64,000 nucleotides of DNA from positions 29,623 through 93,622 of the forward strand of contig JAFTZM010000008.1 of the NCBI GenBank assembly GCA_017464525.1, in the 5' to 3' direction. Below are positions 37,266 through 49,248 of the stretch, one piece after another. Within the stretch, counting starts at the first letter, position 1. Each line of letters opens with the position of its first letter. The position numbers were made by a program, and so were the translations under genes. This DNA comes from Clostridia bacterium (GTDB lineage Bacteria; Bacillota; Clostridia; Oscillospirales; QAKW01). Below the pieces are notes generated by a model. The model worked only from the letters and a program-made list of their open reading frames with translations. It searched no databases and was not told the DNA's origin.

Positions 37266-38099
37266 ATGGCAATGAAAACTTATAAACCTACTTCTCCGGC
37301 CAGACGCCAGATGAGCAATGTAGACTACAGCTGCCTCTCCAAGGACGCTCCCGAGCGCTCCCTGCTGACTACCGTTAAGAAGAACGCCGGTAGAAACAGC
37401 TATGGCCGCATCACCGTTCGCCATCAGGGCGGCGGTAACAAGGTGAAGTACAGAATCATCGATTTCAAGAGAAACAAGATGGATGTTCCTGCTACCGTAA
37501 CCTCTATCCAGTATGACCCCAACCGTACCGCTTTCATCGCCCTGCTGCAGTATGAGGACGGTGAAAAGGCTTACATTGTATGCCCCGAAGGTCTGAGCGT
37601 TGGTGATACTGTGATCTCCAGTGCAACTGCCGATATCAAGCCCGGCAACGCACTGCCTATCGAAAACATCCCTGTTGGTACCGTTATCCATAACATCGAG
37701 CTGTACCCCGGTAAGGGTGCTCAGCTGGTTCGTTCCGCCGGTAACAGCGCTCAGCTGATGGCGAAGGAAAACGGCTACGCTCAGGTTCGTCTGCCCTCCG
37801 GCGAAGTTCGCCTGGTTCGGCTGAACTGCATGGCTACCATCGGTGTTGTATCCAATGGTGAGCACGCAAACGTTTCTATCGGTAAGGCCGGCAGAAAGCG
37901 TCATATGGGTATCCGTCCTACCGTTCGCGGTTCTGTTATGAACCCCTGCGATCACCCCCACGGTGGTGGTGAAGGTAAGTCTCCCATCGGCCGCAGCGGC
38001 CCTGTGACTCCCTGGGGTAAGCCCACTCTGGGTTACAAGACCAGAAGCAAGAAGGCCAAGACCGACAAGTTCATTGTGAAGCGTCGGAATGCGAAGTAA
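37266..38099 (+). CDS. rplB: 50S ribosomal protein L2
   Basis: [20 protein letters not shown]. Confidence 0.99.
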   Translation: MAMKTYKPTSPARRQMSNVDYSCLSKDAPERSLLTTVKKNAGRNSYGRITVRHQGGGNKVKYRIIDFKRNKMDVPATVTSIQYDPNRTAFIALLQYEDGEKAYIVCPEGLSVGDTVISSATADIKPGNALPIENIPVGTVIHNIELYPGKGAQLVRSAGNSAQLMAKENGYAQVRLPSGEVRLVRLNCMATIGVVSNGEHANVSIGKAGRKRHMGIRPTVRGSVMNPCDHPHGGGEGKSPIGRSGPVTPWGKPTLGYKTRSKKAKTDKFIVKRRNAK

Positions 38100-38121
38100 T
38101 CTGGAAGGAGGAATTTGAACA

Positions 38122-38394
38122 ATGAGTAGAAGTGTTAAAAAGGGACCTTTTGTTGATCCTAAGCTTTTAGCAAGAATTCAAGCGATGAATGAAACCGGCG
38201 AAAAGAGAGTTCTCAAGAGCTGGTCCAGAGCATCCACCATCTTTCCGGAGTTTGTAGGCCATACGATCGCTGTTCACGATGGCAGAAAGCATGTGCCTGT
38301 ATATGTAACCGAGGATATGATCGGTCATAAGCTGGGTGAGTTCGCTCCCACCAGAACCTTTAAGGGCCATGCAGGCTCCAAGACCACTAAGTAA
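38122..38394 (+). CDS. rpsS: 30S ribosomal protein S19
   Basis: [23 protein letters not shown]. Confidence 0.99.
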   Translation: MSRSVKKGPFVDPKLLARIQAMNETGEKRVLKSWSRASTIFPEFVGHTIAVHDGRKHVPVYVTEDMIGHKLGEFAPTRTFKGHAGSKTTK

Positions 38395-38408
38395 GGAGGA
38401 AAAGAATA

Positions 38409-38741
38409 ATGCAAGCAACTGCACATTTGAAATATCTCAGAATTTCTCCTCGTAAGGTCAGCGTGGTTCTGGATCTGATCCGCAACAAGCCCGCCAAATA
38501 CGCAGTAGCAATTCTGCAGAATACCAATAAAGCCGCTTCTGAGCCTGTTTGCAAGCTGCTCAAGAGCGCAATGGCCAACGCCGAAAACAATCACGGTATG
38601 GACGTTGATAAGCTGGTCGTAGCTAAGGTCTACGCCTGCCCCGGTCCTATCCTGAAGAGAATCATGCCCAGAGCACAGGGCAGAGCGTTCCGCATCAATA
38701 AGCGGACCTCTCACGTGACTATTGTATTGGAGGAGGCGTAA
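38409..38741 (+). CDS. rplV: 50S ribosomal protein L22
   Basis: RISPRKV..PRAQGRA..KRTSH. Confidence 0.99.
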   Translation: MQATAHLKYLRISPRKVSVVLDLIRNKPAKYAVAILQNTNKAASEPVCKLLKSAMANAENNHGMDVDKLVVAKVYACPGPILKRIMPRAQGRAFRINKRTSHVTIVLEEA

Positions 38742-38744
38742 AAA

Positions 38745-39419
38745 ATGGGTCAGAAAGTAAATCCCCACGGCCTGAGAGTCGGGGTTATCAAAAACTGGGA
38801 TTCCAGATGGATCGCTGCTGACGGTAAGGTCGGCGACCTGATCCTGGAAGACTACAAAATCCGTGAGTTCCTGAAGAAAAAGCTGTATGCCGCCGGTATC
38901 CCCGATATCGAGATCGAGCGTACTGCTGAAGGAAACAGCATCCGCATCTTCCTGCATTGCGCAAAGCCGGGCCTGGTTATCGGCCGCGGCGGTGCCGAGA
39001 TCGAGAAGCTGAAGAAGGAACTGATGGATATGACCGGTAAGAAGGTCAACATCAATATCGTTGAGGTCAAGAACATGGACACCAGCAGCCAGCTGGTTGC
39101 AGAGTCCATTGCTCAGCAGCTGGAGAAGCGTATTGCTTTCCGCCGCGCTATGAAGAAGGCCATCGGCAACACCATGAGAACCGGCGCTAAGGGTATCAAG
39201 GTTATGGTATCCGGCCGTCTGAACGGTGCTGAGATCGCCAGAAGCGAATGCTATCACGAGGGTACTATTCCTCTGCAGACTTTGAGAGCTGACATCGACT
39301 ACGGTTTCACCGAGGCAAACACTACCTACGGTAAGATCGGCGTTAAGGTCTGGATCTACAAGGGTGAGATCCTGAACGATGTGAAGAAGGCTCCTAAAAA
39401 AGAAGGAGGAGCTAAGTAA
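38745..39419 (+). CDS. rpsC: 30S ribosomal protein S3
   Basis: [22 protein letters not shown]. Confidence 0.99.
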   Translation: MGQKVNPHGLRVGVIKNWDSRWIAADGKVGDLILEDYKIREFLKKKLYAAGIPDIEIERTAEGNSIRIFLHCAKPGLVIGRGGAEIEKLKKELMDMTGKKVNINIVEVKNMDTSSQLVAESIAQQLEKRIAFRRAMKKAIGNTMRTGAKGIKVMVSGRLNGAEIARSECYHEGTIPLQTLRADIDYGFTEANTTYGKIGVKVWIYKGEILNDVKKAPKKEGGAK

Positions 39420-39847
39420 TGTTAATTCCTAAGAGAGTAAAATACAGAAGAGTACAGAGAGGCCGCATGAAGGGTAAAGCTTCCCGCGGCAACACCATCG
39501 CTTACGGTCAGTATGGTCTGCAGGCTCTGGAGCCCGCTTGGATCACCAACAATCAGATCGAGGCCGCCCGTATTGCGATGACCCGTTACCTCAAGAGAGG
39601 CGGACGGGTATGGATCAAGATCTTCCCCGACAAGCCGGTAACTGCTAAGCCTGCTGAGACCCGAATGGGTTCCGGTAAAGGTTCTCCCGAGTACTGGGTA
39701 GCCGTAGTAAAGCCGGGCCGCATCCTCTTTGAGATCGCGGATGTCCCCGAAGAGCTGGCACGTGAGGCTATGCGCCTCGCTATGCACAAACTGCCTATCA
39801 AGTGTAAGTTTGTTGTGAAGGAAACTGAAGGTGGTGACGAAGAATGA
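39419..39847 (+). CDS. rplP: 50S ribosomal protein L16
   Basis: [17 protein letters not shown]. Confidence 0.99.
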   Translation: MLIPKRVKYRRVQRGRMKGKASRGNTIAYGQYGLQALEPAWITNNQIEAARIAMTRYLKRGGRVWIKIFPDKPVTAKPAETRMGSGKGSPEYWVAVVKPGRILFEIADVPEELAREAMRLAMHKLPIKCKFVVKETEGGDEE

Positions 39848-40044
39848 AGGCTAATAAAGTAAGAGAAATGAACGCAGAAGAACTGAATATCAAGCTCAAC
39901 GACCTGAAGAAGGAGCTTTTTAACCTGAAATTCCAGCACGCTACCAATCAGTTGGATAATCCCCAGCGGATTGCCGCTGTTAAGAAGGACATCGCTCGTG
40001 TTAATACGATTCTTCGTGAGCTTGAGCTCCGTGAGTCCAAGTAA
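39844..40044 (+). CDS. rpmC: 50S ribosomal protein L29
   Basis: [19 protein letters not shown]. Confidence 0.98.
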   Translation: MKANKVREMNAEELNIKLNDLKKELFNLKFQHATNQLDNPQRIAAVKKDIARVNTILRELELRESK

Positions 40045-40060
40045 GCTTTAAAGGAGTGAT

Positions 40061-40321
40061 ATGAACATGGAAAGAACTTTGAGAAAGACCCGCGTTGGCG
40101 AGGTTGTAAGCGATAAGATGGATAAAACCATCGTCGTAGCCATTAAAGACAATGTAAAGCACCCCTTGTACAAGAAGGTTATCAAGACCACCTACAAGCT
40201 GAAGGCTCATGATGAGAATAACGAGTGCGGCATTGGCGATACTGTTGAGGTTATGGAAACCAGACCTCTTTCCAAGGATAAGAGATGGCGCCTTGTTCGG
40301 ATTATCGAGAAGGCTAAATAA
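40061..40321 (+). CDS. rpsQ: 30S ribosomal protein S17
   Basis: [16 protein letters not shown]. Confidence 0.98.
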   Translation: MNMERTLRKTRVGEVVSDKMDKTIVVAIKDNVKHPLYKKVIKTTYKLKAHDENNECGIGDTVEVMETRPLSKDKRWRLVRIIEKAK

Positions 40322-40340
40322 TTTAAAGGAGGACTAAGTC

Positions 40341-40709
40341 GTGATACAGCAACAAACTTATCTTAAAGTTGCCGACAATACCGGTGCTAAAGAGTTGATG
40401 TGCATCCGTGTACTTGGCGGTACGAGAAGAAGATACGCAGGTATTGGCGATGTAGTTGTTTGCTCTGTTAAGAAGGCTGCTCCCGGCGGCACCGTGAAAA
40501 AGGGTGACGTTGTGAAGGCCGTTATCGTTCGCACTGTTAAAGGCATCAAGAGAGCTGACGGCTCCAGCATCCGTTTCGACGAGAACGCTGCCGTTATTAT
40601 TCGTGATGATAAAAACCCCAGAGGTACCCGTATCTTTGGGCCTGTAGCCAGAGAGCTGCGTGATAAGGATTATACCAAGATCCTGTCCCTCGCTCCTGAG
40701 GTACTGTAA
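40341..40709 (+). CDS. rplN: 50S ribosomal protein L14
   Basis: [15 protein letters not shown]. Confidence 0.99.
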   Translation: MIQQQTYLKVADNTGAKELMCIRVLGGTRRRYAGIGDVVVCSVKKAAPGGTVKKGDVVKAVIVRTVKGIKRADGSSIRFDENAAVIIRDDKNPRGTRIFGPVARELRDKDYTKILSLAPEVL

Positions 40710-40728
40710 GAGTGGAGGTGCGATCAGA

Positions 40729-41061
40729 ATGAACAAACTGCATGTTAAAAAAGGTGATACCGTTCTGGTGATCTCCGGTGCTTCCAAGGGCCTGAAGGGT
40801 AAGGTTCTGGAAGTTAGCCCCAAGGAGGGCAAGGTTATCGTGGAGAAGGCCAACATGGTCATCAAACACGTGAAACCCCGCCGCCAGGGTGAGCCCGGCG
40901 GCCGTGTAGAGGCTGAAGGTGCAATCTACGCTTCCAAGGTGCAGGTCGTATGCCCCAAGTGCAAGACCGCCGGCCGTATGGGCCACACCATCGTTGAGGA
41001 AGGCGGCAAGAAGGTTGCCAAGCGTGTCTGCAAGAACAAAGATTGTGGCGAAATTTTCTAA
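40729..41061 (+). CDS. rplX: 50S ribosomal protein L24
   Basis: HVKKGDTVLVISG; start reassigned to 40729. Confidence 0.98.
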   Translation: MNKLHVKKGDTVLVISGASKGLKGKVLEVSPKEGKVIVEKANMVIKHVKPRRQGEPGGRVEAEGAIYASKVQVVCPKCKTAGRMGHTIVEEGGKKVAKRVCKNKDCGEIF

Positions 41062-41076
41062 GGAGGAGTAAGAATT

Positions 41077-41616
41077 ATGTCTAGAATGTCTGAGCTTTAC
41101 AGCAAAGAGATCGCTCCCGCCCTGATGAAGAAATTCGGTTACAAGAGCGTGATGCAGATCCCCAAGCTGGATAAGATCGTGATCAACGTTGGCTGCGGCG
41201 ATGCCAAGGACAACGCAAAGGTTATCGATAATGTATGTGCCGAGCTGGCACTGATCACCGGCCAGAAGGCCGTTGCTACCAAGGCCCGCAAGTCCGTTGC
41301 GAACTTCAAGGTTCGTGAGGGCATGAACATCGGCGCTAAGGTTACTCTCCGCGGCGAAAGAATGTACGAGTTCCTGGACAGACTGTTCAACATCGCTCTG
41401 CCCCGTGTGCGCGACTTCCGCGGTATTAATGCCAACGGCTTTGATGGCCGCGGCAACTATGCTTTCGGTATCAAGGAACAGCTGATTTTCCCTGAGATCC
41501 AGTACGATAAGGTAGAAAAGATCCGTGGTATGGATATCGTTTTCGTTACCACTGCTACTACCGATGAAGAAGCAAAAGAGATGCTGACTCTGTTCGGCGC
41601 TCCTTTTGAGAAGTAA
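41077..41616 (+). CDS. rplE: 50S ribosomal protein L5
   Basis: [19 protein letters not shown]. Confidence 0.99.
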   Translation: MSRMSELYSKEIAPALMKKFGYKSVMQIPKLDKIVINVGCGDAKDNAKVIDNVCAELALITGQKAVATKARKSVANFKVREGMNIGAKVTLRGERMYEFLDRLFNIALPRVRDFRGINANGFDGRGNYAFGIKEQLIFPEIQYDKVEKIRGMDIVFVTTATTDEEAKEMLTLFGAPFEK

Positions 41617-41631
41617 GAGGGGGAATTTATA

Positions 41632-41817
41632 ATGGCTAAGAAATCTATGATCTTAAAGCAGCAAAAGAACCAGAAATTCTCCACGAGAGAGTACAACAGA
41701 TGCAAGATCTGCGGCCGTCCTCACGCTTATCTGCGTAACTACGGCATCTGCAGAATTTGCTTCCGTGAACTGGCTTACAAGGGCCAGATTCCCGGTGTAA
41801 AGAAATCCAGCTGGTAA
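41632..41817 (+). CDS. rpsZ: 30S ribosomal protein S14 type Z
   Basis: 61 aa, CKICGRP..CRICFRE zinc ribbon. Confidence 0.98.
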   Translation: MAKKSMILKQQKNQKFSTREYNRCKICGRPHAYLRNYGICRICFRELAYKGQIPGVKKSSW

Positions 41818-41830
41818 GGAGGAGCACACA

Positions 41831-42229
41831 ATGCAGATCACTGATCCTATCGCAGATTTGCTCACCCGTATCCGGAATGCAAATGCTGCAAAGCACGAAA
41901 CTGTTTCCATCCCTGCTTCCAACATGAAGAAGGCTATCTGCCAGATCCTTGTGGATGAGGGATACATTAAAGAGATGAAGGTGGAAGATGACGGCCTGCA
42001 GGGCAACATCGTTCTGACCTTGAAGTACGGCGAAAACAAGACTCGCATCATCCAGGGCCTGAAGAGAATTTCCAAGCCCGGTCTGCGGATCTATGCCGGT
42101 GTAGAAGATATGCCCCGTGTAAGAAAGGGCCTTGGCACCGCTATCGTATCTACCTCTAAGGGTATCGTTACCGATAAGCAGGCCAGAAAGTTAGGTGTAG
42201 GCGGCGAAGTGCTGGCTTACATTTGGTAA
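41831..42229 (+). CDS. rpsH: 30S ribosomal protein S8
   Basis: [19 protein letters not shown]. Confidence 0.99.
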   Translation: MQITDPIADLLTRIRNANAAKHETVSIPASNMKKAICQILVDEGYIKEMKVEDDGLQGNIVLTLKYGENKTRIIQGLKRISKPGLRIYAGVEDMPRVRKGLGTAIVSTSKGIVTDKQARKLGVGGEVLAYIW

Positions 42230-42241
42230 GGAGGAATTCTG

Positions 42242-42790
42242 ATGTCGAGAATTGGTAGAAAACCGATCACTATTCCCGCTGGTGTTGAAGTGAAACTGGG
42301 CAGTGACAATACCATCACTGTCAAGGGTCCCAAGGGTGAGCTGACCAAGACCATGCATCCTGATATGCAGATCGCTGTGGAAGGCACCGAGATCATTGTG
42401 ACCCGCCCCGACGATGAGAAGCTGCATCGCTCTCTTCACGGCCTCACCCGGACTTTGATCGCAAACATGGTTGAAGGTGTAACCAAGGGTTACTCCAAGG
42501 AACTGGAGATCCGTGGCGTCGGTTACAGAGCTCAGCTGCAGGGCAAGACTCTGAACATGAACCTGGGTTTTTCCCACCCTGTTATTATTGAACCCATTGA
42601 TGGTATCACCATCGAGGTTCCTGCTCAGAATAAGGTGGTAATCTCCGGTATCGATAAGCAGCTGGTAGGCCACTTTGCTGCAAACGTACGCTTTAAGAGA
42701 CCCCCCGAGCCCTATAAGGGTGCCGGTATCCGCTATGTGGATGAGGTCGTTAAGCATAAAGAAGGTAAAGCCGGTAAGGGCTCTAAGTAA
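42242..42790 (+). CDS. rplF: 50S ribosomal protein L6
   Basis: [15 protein letters not shown]. Confidence 0.99.
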   Translation: MSRIGRKPITIPAGVEVKLGSDNTITVKGPKGELTKTMHPDMQIAVEGTEIIVTRPDDEKLHRSLHGLTRTLIANMVEGVTKGYSKELEIRGVGYRAQLQGKTLNMNLGFSHPVIIEPIDGITIEVPAQNKVVISGIDKQLVGHFAANVRFKRPPEPYKGAGIRYVDEVVKHKEGKAGKGSK

Positions 42791-42808
42791 TAAAGGGAGG
42801 ATAAGATT

Positions 42809-43168
42809 ATGGTTAAGAAGCCTGATAGCAATGCTGCAAGAATCAAACGGCATAAGCGCGTTCGCTCCAAGATCTCCGGAACTCCCGAGCGTCCCCGTCT
42901 TTGCGTTTTCCGTTCTGCAAAGCATATTTATGCCCAGATCATCGATGATGTGAACGGCGTTACTCTGGTAAGTGCTTCCAGCATGGAGAAGGACTTTACC
43001 GAATACGGCGGCAATAAGGATGCTGCCAAGAAGGTGGGCACCATCATTGCTGAGCGTGCTCTTGAGAAGAAGATCGATACTGTCGTGTTCGACAGAGGCG
43101 GTTTTGTTTACCACGGCCGTGTTCAGGCACTGGCCGAGGGCGCCCGTGAAGGCGGACTGAAATTCTAA
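42809..43168 (+). CDS. rplR: 50S ribosomal protein L18
   Basis: [21 protein letters not shown]. Confidence 0.99.
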   Translation: MVKKPDSNAARIKRHKRVRSKISGTPERPRLCVFRSAKHIYAQIIDDVNGVTLVSASSMEKDFTEYGGNKDAAKKVGTIIAERALEKKIDTVVFDRGGFVYHGRVQALAEGAREGGLKF

Positions 43169-43185
43169 TTGGAGGAGAAAGAATA

Positions 43186-43689
43186 ATGGCTAATAAAATT
43201 GATGCAACTACGCTGGACCTTCAAGAGAGAGTCGTGTCCCTGAACCGGGTTTCCAAGACCGTTAAGGGCGGACGTATCATGAAGTTCTCCGCACTGATCG
43301 TTGTCGGCGACGGCAACGGCCGTGTTGGCGCCGGCCTTGGTAAGGCCGCTGAAGTACCCGAAGCTATCCGCAAGGGTATTGAGGATGCCAAGAAAAATAT
43401 GATCACCATCAGCCTGAAGGATACCACCATCCCCCATGAGATCGTTGGTAAGTACGGCGCTTCCATGGTAATCATGAAGCCTGCTGCTCCCGGTACCGGT
43501 GTTATCGCCGGCGGCGCTGTTCGTGCTGTACTGGAGATGGCCGGTATTAAGGATATCAGAACCAAGGCTCTGCGTTCCCGCAATCAGAGAAACGTTGTAA
43601 ACGCTACTCTGGCTGGACTGGCTGCCTGTACTGATGCTGCCACCGTTGCCGCAAAGCGCGGTAAGACCGTAGAAGAGATCTTAGGTTAA
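43186..43689 (+). CDS. rpsE: 30S ribosomal protein S5
   Basis: [20 protein letters not shown]. Confidence 0.99.
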   Translation: MANKIDATTLDLQERVVSLNRVSKTVKGGRIMKFSALIVVGDGNGRVGAGLGKAAEVPEAIRKGIEDAKKNMITISLKDTTIPHEIVGKYGASMVIMKPAAPGTGVIAGGAVRAVLEMAGIKDIRTKALRSRNQRNVVNATLAGLAACTDAATVAAKRGKTVEEILG

Positions 43690-43703
43690 GGGAGGCAATA
43701 ACA

Positions 43704-43889
43704 ATGGCTAAAGTAAAAACTGTTAAGATCACTCTGGTAAAGAGCCTGATCGGCTGTAAGAAGGATCAGATCGCTACCGCTGAGGCCCTGGGCCTGAAGA
43801 AGGTTAACGATGCTACCGAGCAGCCCGACAATGCTTGCACTCAGGGTAAAATCAAGAAGATCATTCACCTGATCAAAGTAGAGAAGTAA
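43704..43889 (+). CDS. rpmD: 50S ribosomal protein L30
   Basis: ITLVKSLIG..ALGLKK; position between rpsE and rplO. Confidence 0.97.
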   Translation: MAKVKTVKITLVKSLIGCKKDQIATAEALGLKKVNDATEQPDNACTQGKIKKIIHLIKVEK

Positions 43890-43901
43890 GGAGGAAGAAA
43901 C

Positions 43902-44342
43902 ATGAAATTACACGAACTTGCTCCTGTAAGCGGCTCCACTTCCGTTTCTAAGAGAAAGGGCAGAGGCCCCGGATCCGGTAACGGTAAGACCGGCGGTCAT
44001 GGCCATAAGGGCCAGAAAGCCCGTTCCGGCGGTAGCATCCGTCTGGGCTTTGAAGGCGGCCAGATGCCCTTGCAAAGACGGTTGCCGAAGCGCGGCTTCA
44101 ACAATATCTTCGCTAAGAAGTATGTTGTGCTGACCCTCAGCGATCTGAACGCTTTTAATGCCGGAGATGTAGTGGATATTAATGCGGTTATTGAAGCCGG
44201 CTATGCCAAGAAGGCATTGGACGGTCTGAAGGTAATCGGAACCGGTTCCGTTGACAAGGCTATCACCGTGAAGGCAGTAAAGGTTACTGCCGGTGCCAAA
44301 GAGAAAATCGAGGCTGTCGGCGGAAAGGTTGAGGTGATGTAA
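43902..44342 (+). CDS. rplO: 50S ribosomal protein L15
   Basis: GRGPGSG..GFEGGQMPL. Confidence 0.99.
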   Translation: MKLHELAPVSGSTSVSKRKGRGPGSGNGKTGGHGHKGQKARSGGSIRLGFEGGQMPLQRRLPKRGFNNIFAKKYVVLTLSDLNAFNAGDVVDINAVIEAGYAKKALDGLKVIGTGSVDKAITVKAVKVTAGAKEKIEAVGGKVEVM

Positions 44343-44343
44343 G

Positions 44344-45639
44344 ATGTTCAGCGTCTTCAAAAATGCCTGGAAAATCCAGGATTTGAGAAAGAAGCTCCTG
44401 TTCACTGCTTTTATCCTCCTGATCTTCCGGTTGGGCTGTAATATTACCGTTCCTTTTCTGGACGCTGAGGCTATGCAGTCTCTGTTCGCCGGCTATACTG
44501 CCGAGGGTAATATTTTCTCTTATTTAAATATCATGTCCGGTGGCGCAATGGACCAGGCTGCTATTTTCTCCCTGTCCATTTCCCCCTATATCAACGCATC
44601 CATCATTATGCAGCTGCTTATGGTTGCGATCCCTCCCCTGGAGCGGAAAATGAAGGATGATCCCGAAGGCGGCAAGAAGCTGATGGAACGTTGGACTCGT
44701 TACCTCACCGTCATCTTCTCCTTCCTGCTGGGCTTTGGTTACTACACCATCTTGAAGAATGCCATCGACGTTGTTGATGCTGAGGCAGGTGTGTTCGGCG
44801 CTCTGGTAATCATATTCACCTTCGCTGTTGGCGCAGCCATCGTAATGTGGCTGGGTGAGAAGATCAATGAGCACGGCATCGGGAACGGTATCTCCATGAT
44901 CCTGTTCGCCGGTATCGTCTCCAGTATGCCCGGCACCATCAACCTGCTCTACAACAACATTCTCGCCGGTGCAGTTCATTGGATCCTGGCTGTTGTTCTG
45001 GTGATCATTGTGATCGCTATGATCGGCTTCGTTGTGTTTGTGACCAACGGCGAGCGCCGTATCCCTGTGCAGTATGCCAAGCAGGTGAAGGGCCGTAAGA
45101 TGTACGGCGGTCAGAATACCAATATTCCCCTGAAGGTGAATATGGTAGGCGTTCTGCCCATCATCTTTGCGCAGTCCTTCGTGATGCTGCCCGCTACTAT
45201 TCTGAACTTCTTCCCCAAACTGCAGAACACCTGGTTCGGCAGCGTGGTAGATGCTCTGAGCGTAGGCGGTTGGATCTATACCGTTCTGATGTTCCTGCTG
45301 ATCATCTTCTTCAGCTATTTCTATACTGTGATCACCTTCAACCCTGTTGAGGTGGCCAATAACCTGAAGAAGAACGGCGGCTTCATCATGGGCATCCGCC
45401 CCGGTAAGCCCACTGCAGATTTCATTACCAAGAGCCTGAACCGTGTCACCCTGATCGGTGCCATCTTCCTTGGCCTGGTATCTGCTCTGCCCAACGTTGT
45501 AGCGATGATCAATTCCAATCTGTCCTCCGTTGCCATCGGCGGTACCACCCTGCTCATCGTAGTCGGTGTTGCTCTGGAAACTGTGAAGACTCTGGAATCT
45601 CAGATGCTGATGCGTCACTACAAGGGCTTCCTTGAGTAA
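44344..45639 (+). CDS. secY: Preprotein translocase subunit SecY
   Basis: ISPYINASII, GIGNGISM, GIRPGKPT; multiple TM segments. Confidence 0.99.
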   Translation: MFSVFKNAWKIQDLRKKLLFTAFILLIFRLGCNITVPFLDAEAMQSLFAGYTAEGNIFSYLNIMSGGAMDQAAIFSLSISPYINASIIMQLLMVAIPPLERKMKDDPEGGKKLMERWTRYLTVIFSFLLGFGYYTILKNAIDVVDAEAGVFGALVIIFTFAVGAAIVMWLGEKINEHGIGNGISMILFAGIVSSMPGTINLLYNNILAGAVHWILAVVLVIIVIAMIGFVVFVTNGERRIPVQYAKQVKGRKMYGGQNTNIPLKVNMVGVLPIIFAQSFVMLPATILNFFPKLQNTWFGSVVDALSVGGWIYTVLMFLLIIFFSYFYTVITFNPVEVANNLKKNGGFIMGIRPGKPTADFITKSLNRVTLIGAIFLGLVSALPNVVAMINSNLSSVAIGGTTLLIVVGVALETVKTLESQMLMRHYKGFLE

Positions 45640-45654
45640 GGATAGGTGCGTATC

Positions 45655-46296
45655 ATGAAGTTGATTCTTTTAGGCGCGCCGGGTGCCGGCAAAGGCACTC
45701 AGGCAGAAAACATCTCAGGTCGTTATGAGATCCCCACCATCTCTACCGGTAATATGATCCGGGCAGCCATTCATAACGGTACCGAGCTGGGCAAGCAGGC
45801 AGAAAGCCTGATCAATGCCGGCAAGCTGGTTCCCGATGAGGTTGTGATCGGCATGATCCGTGAGAGATTGGCAGAGGATGATTGCAAGAACGGTTTTATC
45901 CTGGACGGTTTTCCCCGTACCATCCCCCAGGCCGAGGCTCTGGAAAAGATGGGTATCAATATTGATATGGCCCTCTCCATTGAGGTGGCCGACGAGAAGA
46001 TCGTGCAGCGGATGAGCGGCAGACGTGTCTGCCCCGCTTGCGGCATGACCTATCATGTAGATTTTAAGCCCTCTGAAGATAACAAACATTGTAATGAGTG
46101 TAAGACCGAGCTGATCATCCGGAAGGATGACCACCCCGACACTGTTCTGGATCGGTTGAAAACTTATCACGAAACCACCGAGCCCCTGAAGGCATTCTAT
46201 GATGCCCGCGGGAAGCTGGTGATGGTGGAAGGCCGGGAAGAACTGGCCGAGACCACTAAAGCAACCTTTGAAGCTATCGAGGCGTTTTTAAAATGA
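45655..46296 (+). CDS. adk: Adenylate kinase
   Basis: GAPGAGKGTQ, LDGFPRT. Confidence 0.98.
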   Translation: MKLILLGAPGAGKGTQAENISGRYEIPTISTGNMIRAAIHNGTELGKQAESLINAGKLVPDEVVIGMIRERLAEDDCKNGFILDGFPRTIPQAEALEKMGINIDMALSIEVADEKIVQRMSGRRVCPACGMTYHVDFKPSEDNKHCNECKTELIIRKDDHPDTVLDRLKTYHETTEPLKAFYDARGKLVMVEGREELAETTKATFEAIEAFLK

Positions 46297-47045
46297 TGAT
46301 CATCAAATCCGATAGTGATATTCGCTTGATGCGCAAGGCCGGCGCTGTTGCAGCCGGTGCGCTTCAGGCGGCAGGTGAGGCGATCTGCCCCGGGATGTCC
46401 ACCAAGGAGTTGGATAAGATCGTTGAGAACTATATCCGCTCCCATGGTGCCCGCCCTTCCTTTAAGGGCTACGGCGGATTTCCCGCCAGCGCCTGCATCT
46501 CCGTCAATGAGGTCGTGATCCACGGCATCCCTTCCGATAAGATCATCCTGAAGGAGGGTGATATTGTCAGCGTGGATGTGGGTGCCTATCTGGGCGGATT
46601 TCACGGTGACACAGCCAATACCTTTCCGGTAGGCAATGTCTCCCCGGAAGCCATGCAGCTTATCGAGGTCACTCGGGAAAGCCTGCGCCGTGTAGAAGAG
46701 ATTCTGAAGGGCGGCATCCGGCTGGGCGATATCGGGCACTGTGTGGAAAGCTATGTGCAGCAGTTCGGCTATAGTCCGGTGAAGGACTTTGTGGGCCACG
46801 GTGTAGGCCGTGCGCTCCATGAGGATCCTAATATCCCCAACTACGGCCGCCCCGGGCATGGCTTGCGCCTGCCCAAGGGTGCAACTGTGGCGATCGAGCC
46901 GATGATCAATCAAGGAACGGACCGGGTCATCGTGAGCAACGAGGACGGCTGGACTGTCACCACGGCAGATGGCAAACTCAGCGCTCATTATGAACACACC
47001 TTCTTCATTGATGACGACCGCGGCTACATCCTTACAACGGTGTAA
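46293..47045 (+). CDS. map: Methionine aminopeptidase type I
   Basis: CISVNEVVIHGIP, GHGVG..HEDP, SAHYEHT. Confidence 0.98.
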   Translation: MMIIKSDSDIRLMRKAGAVAAGALQAAGEAICPGMSTKELDKIVENYIRSHGARPSFKGYGGFPASACISVNEVVIHGIPSDKIILKEGDIVSVDVGAYLGGFHGDTANTFPVGNVSPEAMQLIEVTRESLRRVEEILKGGIRLGDIGHCVESYVQQFGYSPVKDFVGHGVGRALHEDPNIPNYGRPGHGLRLPKGATVAIEPMINQGTDRVIVSNEDGWTVTTADGKLSAHYEHTFFIDDDRGYILTTV

Positions 47046-47048
47046 GCG

Positions 47049-47288
47049 ATGGGTCTCATTGAAAAAGGTACGGTGGTGCTAGTCACCGCCGGTAAGGAAA
47101 AAGGTTCAATATTTGTTGTCGTAGAAGATTTTAATAGCCGTCAGGTCTGGATCGCAGACGGCCGCCGCCGTAAACTGGCCAACCCCCGCAAAAAGAGTGT
47201 CAAGCACTTGGTGGCGGTGGGGAAGCTTGCGGCGCTGCCGGAGCGGGACCGCCTGATCTGGAAAAGTCTTTCCCCATATCGGGGATAA
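47049..47288 (+). CDS. KOW-domain RNA-binding protein (L14E-like)
   Basis: [26 protein letters not shown]; usual position between map and infA. Confidence 0.9.
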   Translation: MGLIEKGTVVLVTAGKEKGSIFVVVEDFNSRQVWIADGRRRKLANPRKKSVKHLVAVGKLAALPERDRLIWKSLSPYRG

Positions 47289-47299
47289 TAGGAGGACCT

Positions 47300-47657
<358 letters not shown>

Positions 47658-47701
47658 TCCCCCTACTTCAAGCTTGATTAATATGGAGGTGTAATAACCA
47701 A

Positions 47702-48067
47702 ATGGCAAGAATTGCTGGTATCGATTTACCGAAGGAAAAGCGCGTAGAGATCGGTTTGACCTATATCTACGGTATCGGTCGTAAGACTTCCAACGACATT
47801 CTGGCTAAAGCCGGTGTTAATCCCGACACCAGAGTCAAGGATCTGACCGAGGAAGAGGTTGCTGCTATCCGTGCCGCCATGGACGGCTACGAGGTAGAGG
47901 GTGACCTGAGAAGAACTGTTGCTTTAGACATCAAGCGTCTGATCGAGATCGGATGCTACAGAGGCACTAGACATAGAAAAGGTTTACCTGTTCGGGGCCA
48001 GAGATCCAAAACCAACGCCCGTACCAGAAAGGGCCCCAGAAAAACCATGGCAAATAAGAAGAAGTAA
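47702..48067 (+). CDS. rpsM: 30S ribosomal protein S13
   Basis: [27 protein letters not shown]. Confidence 0.99.
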   Translation: MARIAGIDLPKEKRVEIGLTYIYGIGRKTSNDILAKAGVNPDTRVKDLTEEEVAAIRAAMDGYEVEGDLRRTVALDIKRLIEIGCYRGTRHRKGLPVRGQRSKTNARTRKGPRKTMANKKK

Positions 48068-48082
48068 AGGAGTGAATGAAGA

Positions 48083-48481
48083 ATGGCTGCAAAGGCTGTA
48101 AAGAAAGTAACCGGTAAGCGCCGTGTGAAAAAGAATATTGAACGTGGAGCCGCTCACATTCGCTCTACCTTCAACAATACGCTTGTTACCATTTCCGATG
48201 TAAACGGCAATGCGATCTCTTGGGCCAGCGCCGGCGGCATGGGTTTTAAAGGCTCCAGAAAGAGCACTCCCTTCGCTGCTCAGATGGCTGCAGAGACTGC
48301 TGCTAAGGCTGCAATGGAACATGGTCTCAAAACCGTTGAGGTTTATGTTAAGGGTCCGGGTGCCGGCCGTGAGGCTGCTATCCGTGCTCTGCAGACCGCA
48401 GGACTGGAGATCACCCTGATCAAGGATGTAACTCCCATCCCCCATAACGGCTGCAGACCCCCGAAGAGAAGAAGAGTATAA
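48083..48481 (+). CDS. rpsK: 30S ribosomal protein S11
   Basis: [24 protein letters not shown]. Confidence 0.99.
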   Translation: MAAKAVKKVTGKRRVKKNIERGAAHIRSTFNNTLVTISDVNGNAISWASAGGMGFKGSRKSTPFAAQMAAETAAKAAMEHGLKTVEVYVKGPGAGREAAIRALQTAGLEITLIKDVTPIPHNGCRPPKRRRV

Positions 48482-48496
48482 GGAGGATATGACGTT

Positions 48497-49117
48497 ATGG
48501 CTAGATATACTGGCGCTGTATGCCGTCAATGCCGCAGAGAAGGTCAGAAGCTGTTCCTGAAGGGCGAGCGCTGCTACTCCGATAAGTGCGCGATCACCCG
48601 CCGTGCCTATACACCCGGTCAGCATGGCCAGGGCAGAAAGAAAGTATCTGAGTATGGTACTCAGCTCAGAGAGAAGCAAAAGGTCAGAAGATATTATGGC
48701 GTTCTGGAGAGCCAGTTCGCTAAGTATTATGAAATGGCCGTTAAGAAACAGGGCGTTACCGGTGACAATCTGATGTCTATCGTTGAGAGCAGACTGGATA
48801 ATGTCATCTACAGATTAGGCTTTGCTATGTCCAGACCCGAGGCGAGACAGTTGGTTCGCCACGGACACTTTACCGTAAACGGCAAGAAGGTAAACATTCC
48901 TTCCTACCTGGTAAGCATCGGTGATGTAATTGCAATTAAAGAAGGTAGCATGAACTCCACCAAGATCAAAGCGATCCTGGAAGCAAACGAGAAGCGTGCT
49001 ATCGTGAAGTGGCTGGAGCTGAACGGCACCACCGCTAAGGTTGTTGGCTTTGCCGACACCGAAGATATCGACCTCCCCGTCGAGACTCACCTGATCGTCG
49101 AGTTGTACTCCAAGTAA
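48497..49117 (+). CDS. rpsD: 30S ribosomal protein S4
   Basis: [21 protein letters not shown]. Confidence 0.99.
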   Translation: MARYTGAVCRQCRREGQKLFLKGERCYSDKCAITRRAYTPGQHGQGRKKVSEYGTQLREKQKVRRYYGVLESQFAKYYEMAVKKQGVTGDNLMSIVESRLDNVIYRLGFAMSRPEARQLVRHGHFTVNGKKVNIPSYLVSIGDVIAIKEGSMNSTKIKAILEANEKRAIVKWLELNGTTAKVVGFADTEDIDLPVETHLIVELYSK

Positions 49118-49248
49118 GAAAGTGCTCCTGCACTTTCTTGCGCAGGAGATCTCTTGGAAACGCTCTTTCGCTTGCGGATGCAGGCATTTAAGATTAGGAT
49201 GTAGAATTAAGGACTCACATAACGTGAGATTATAAGGAGGTTTTAGAT

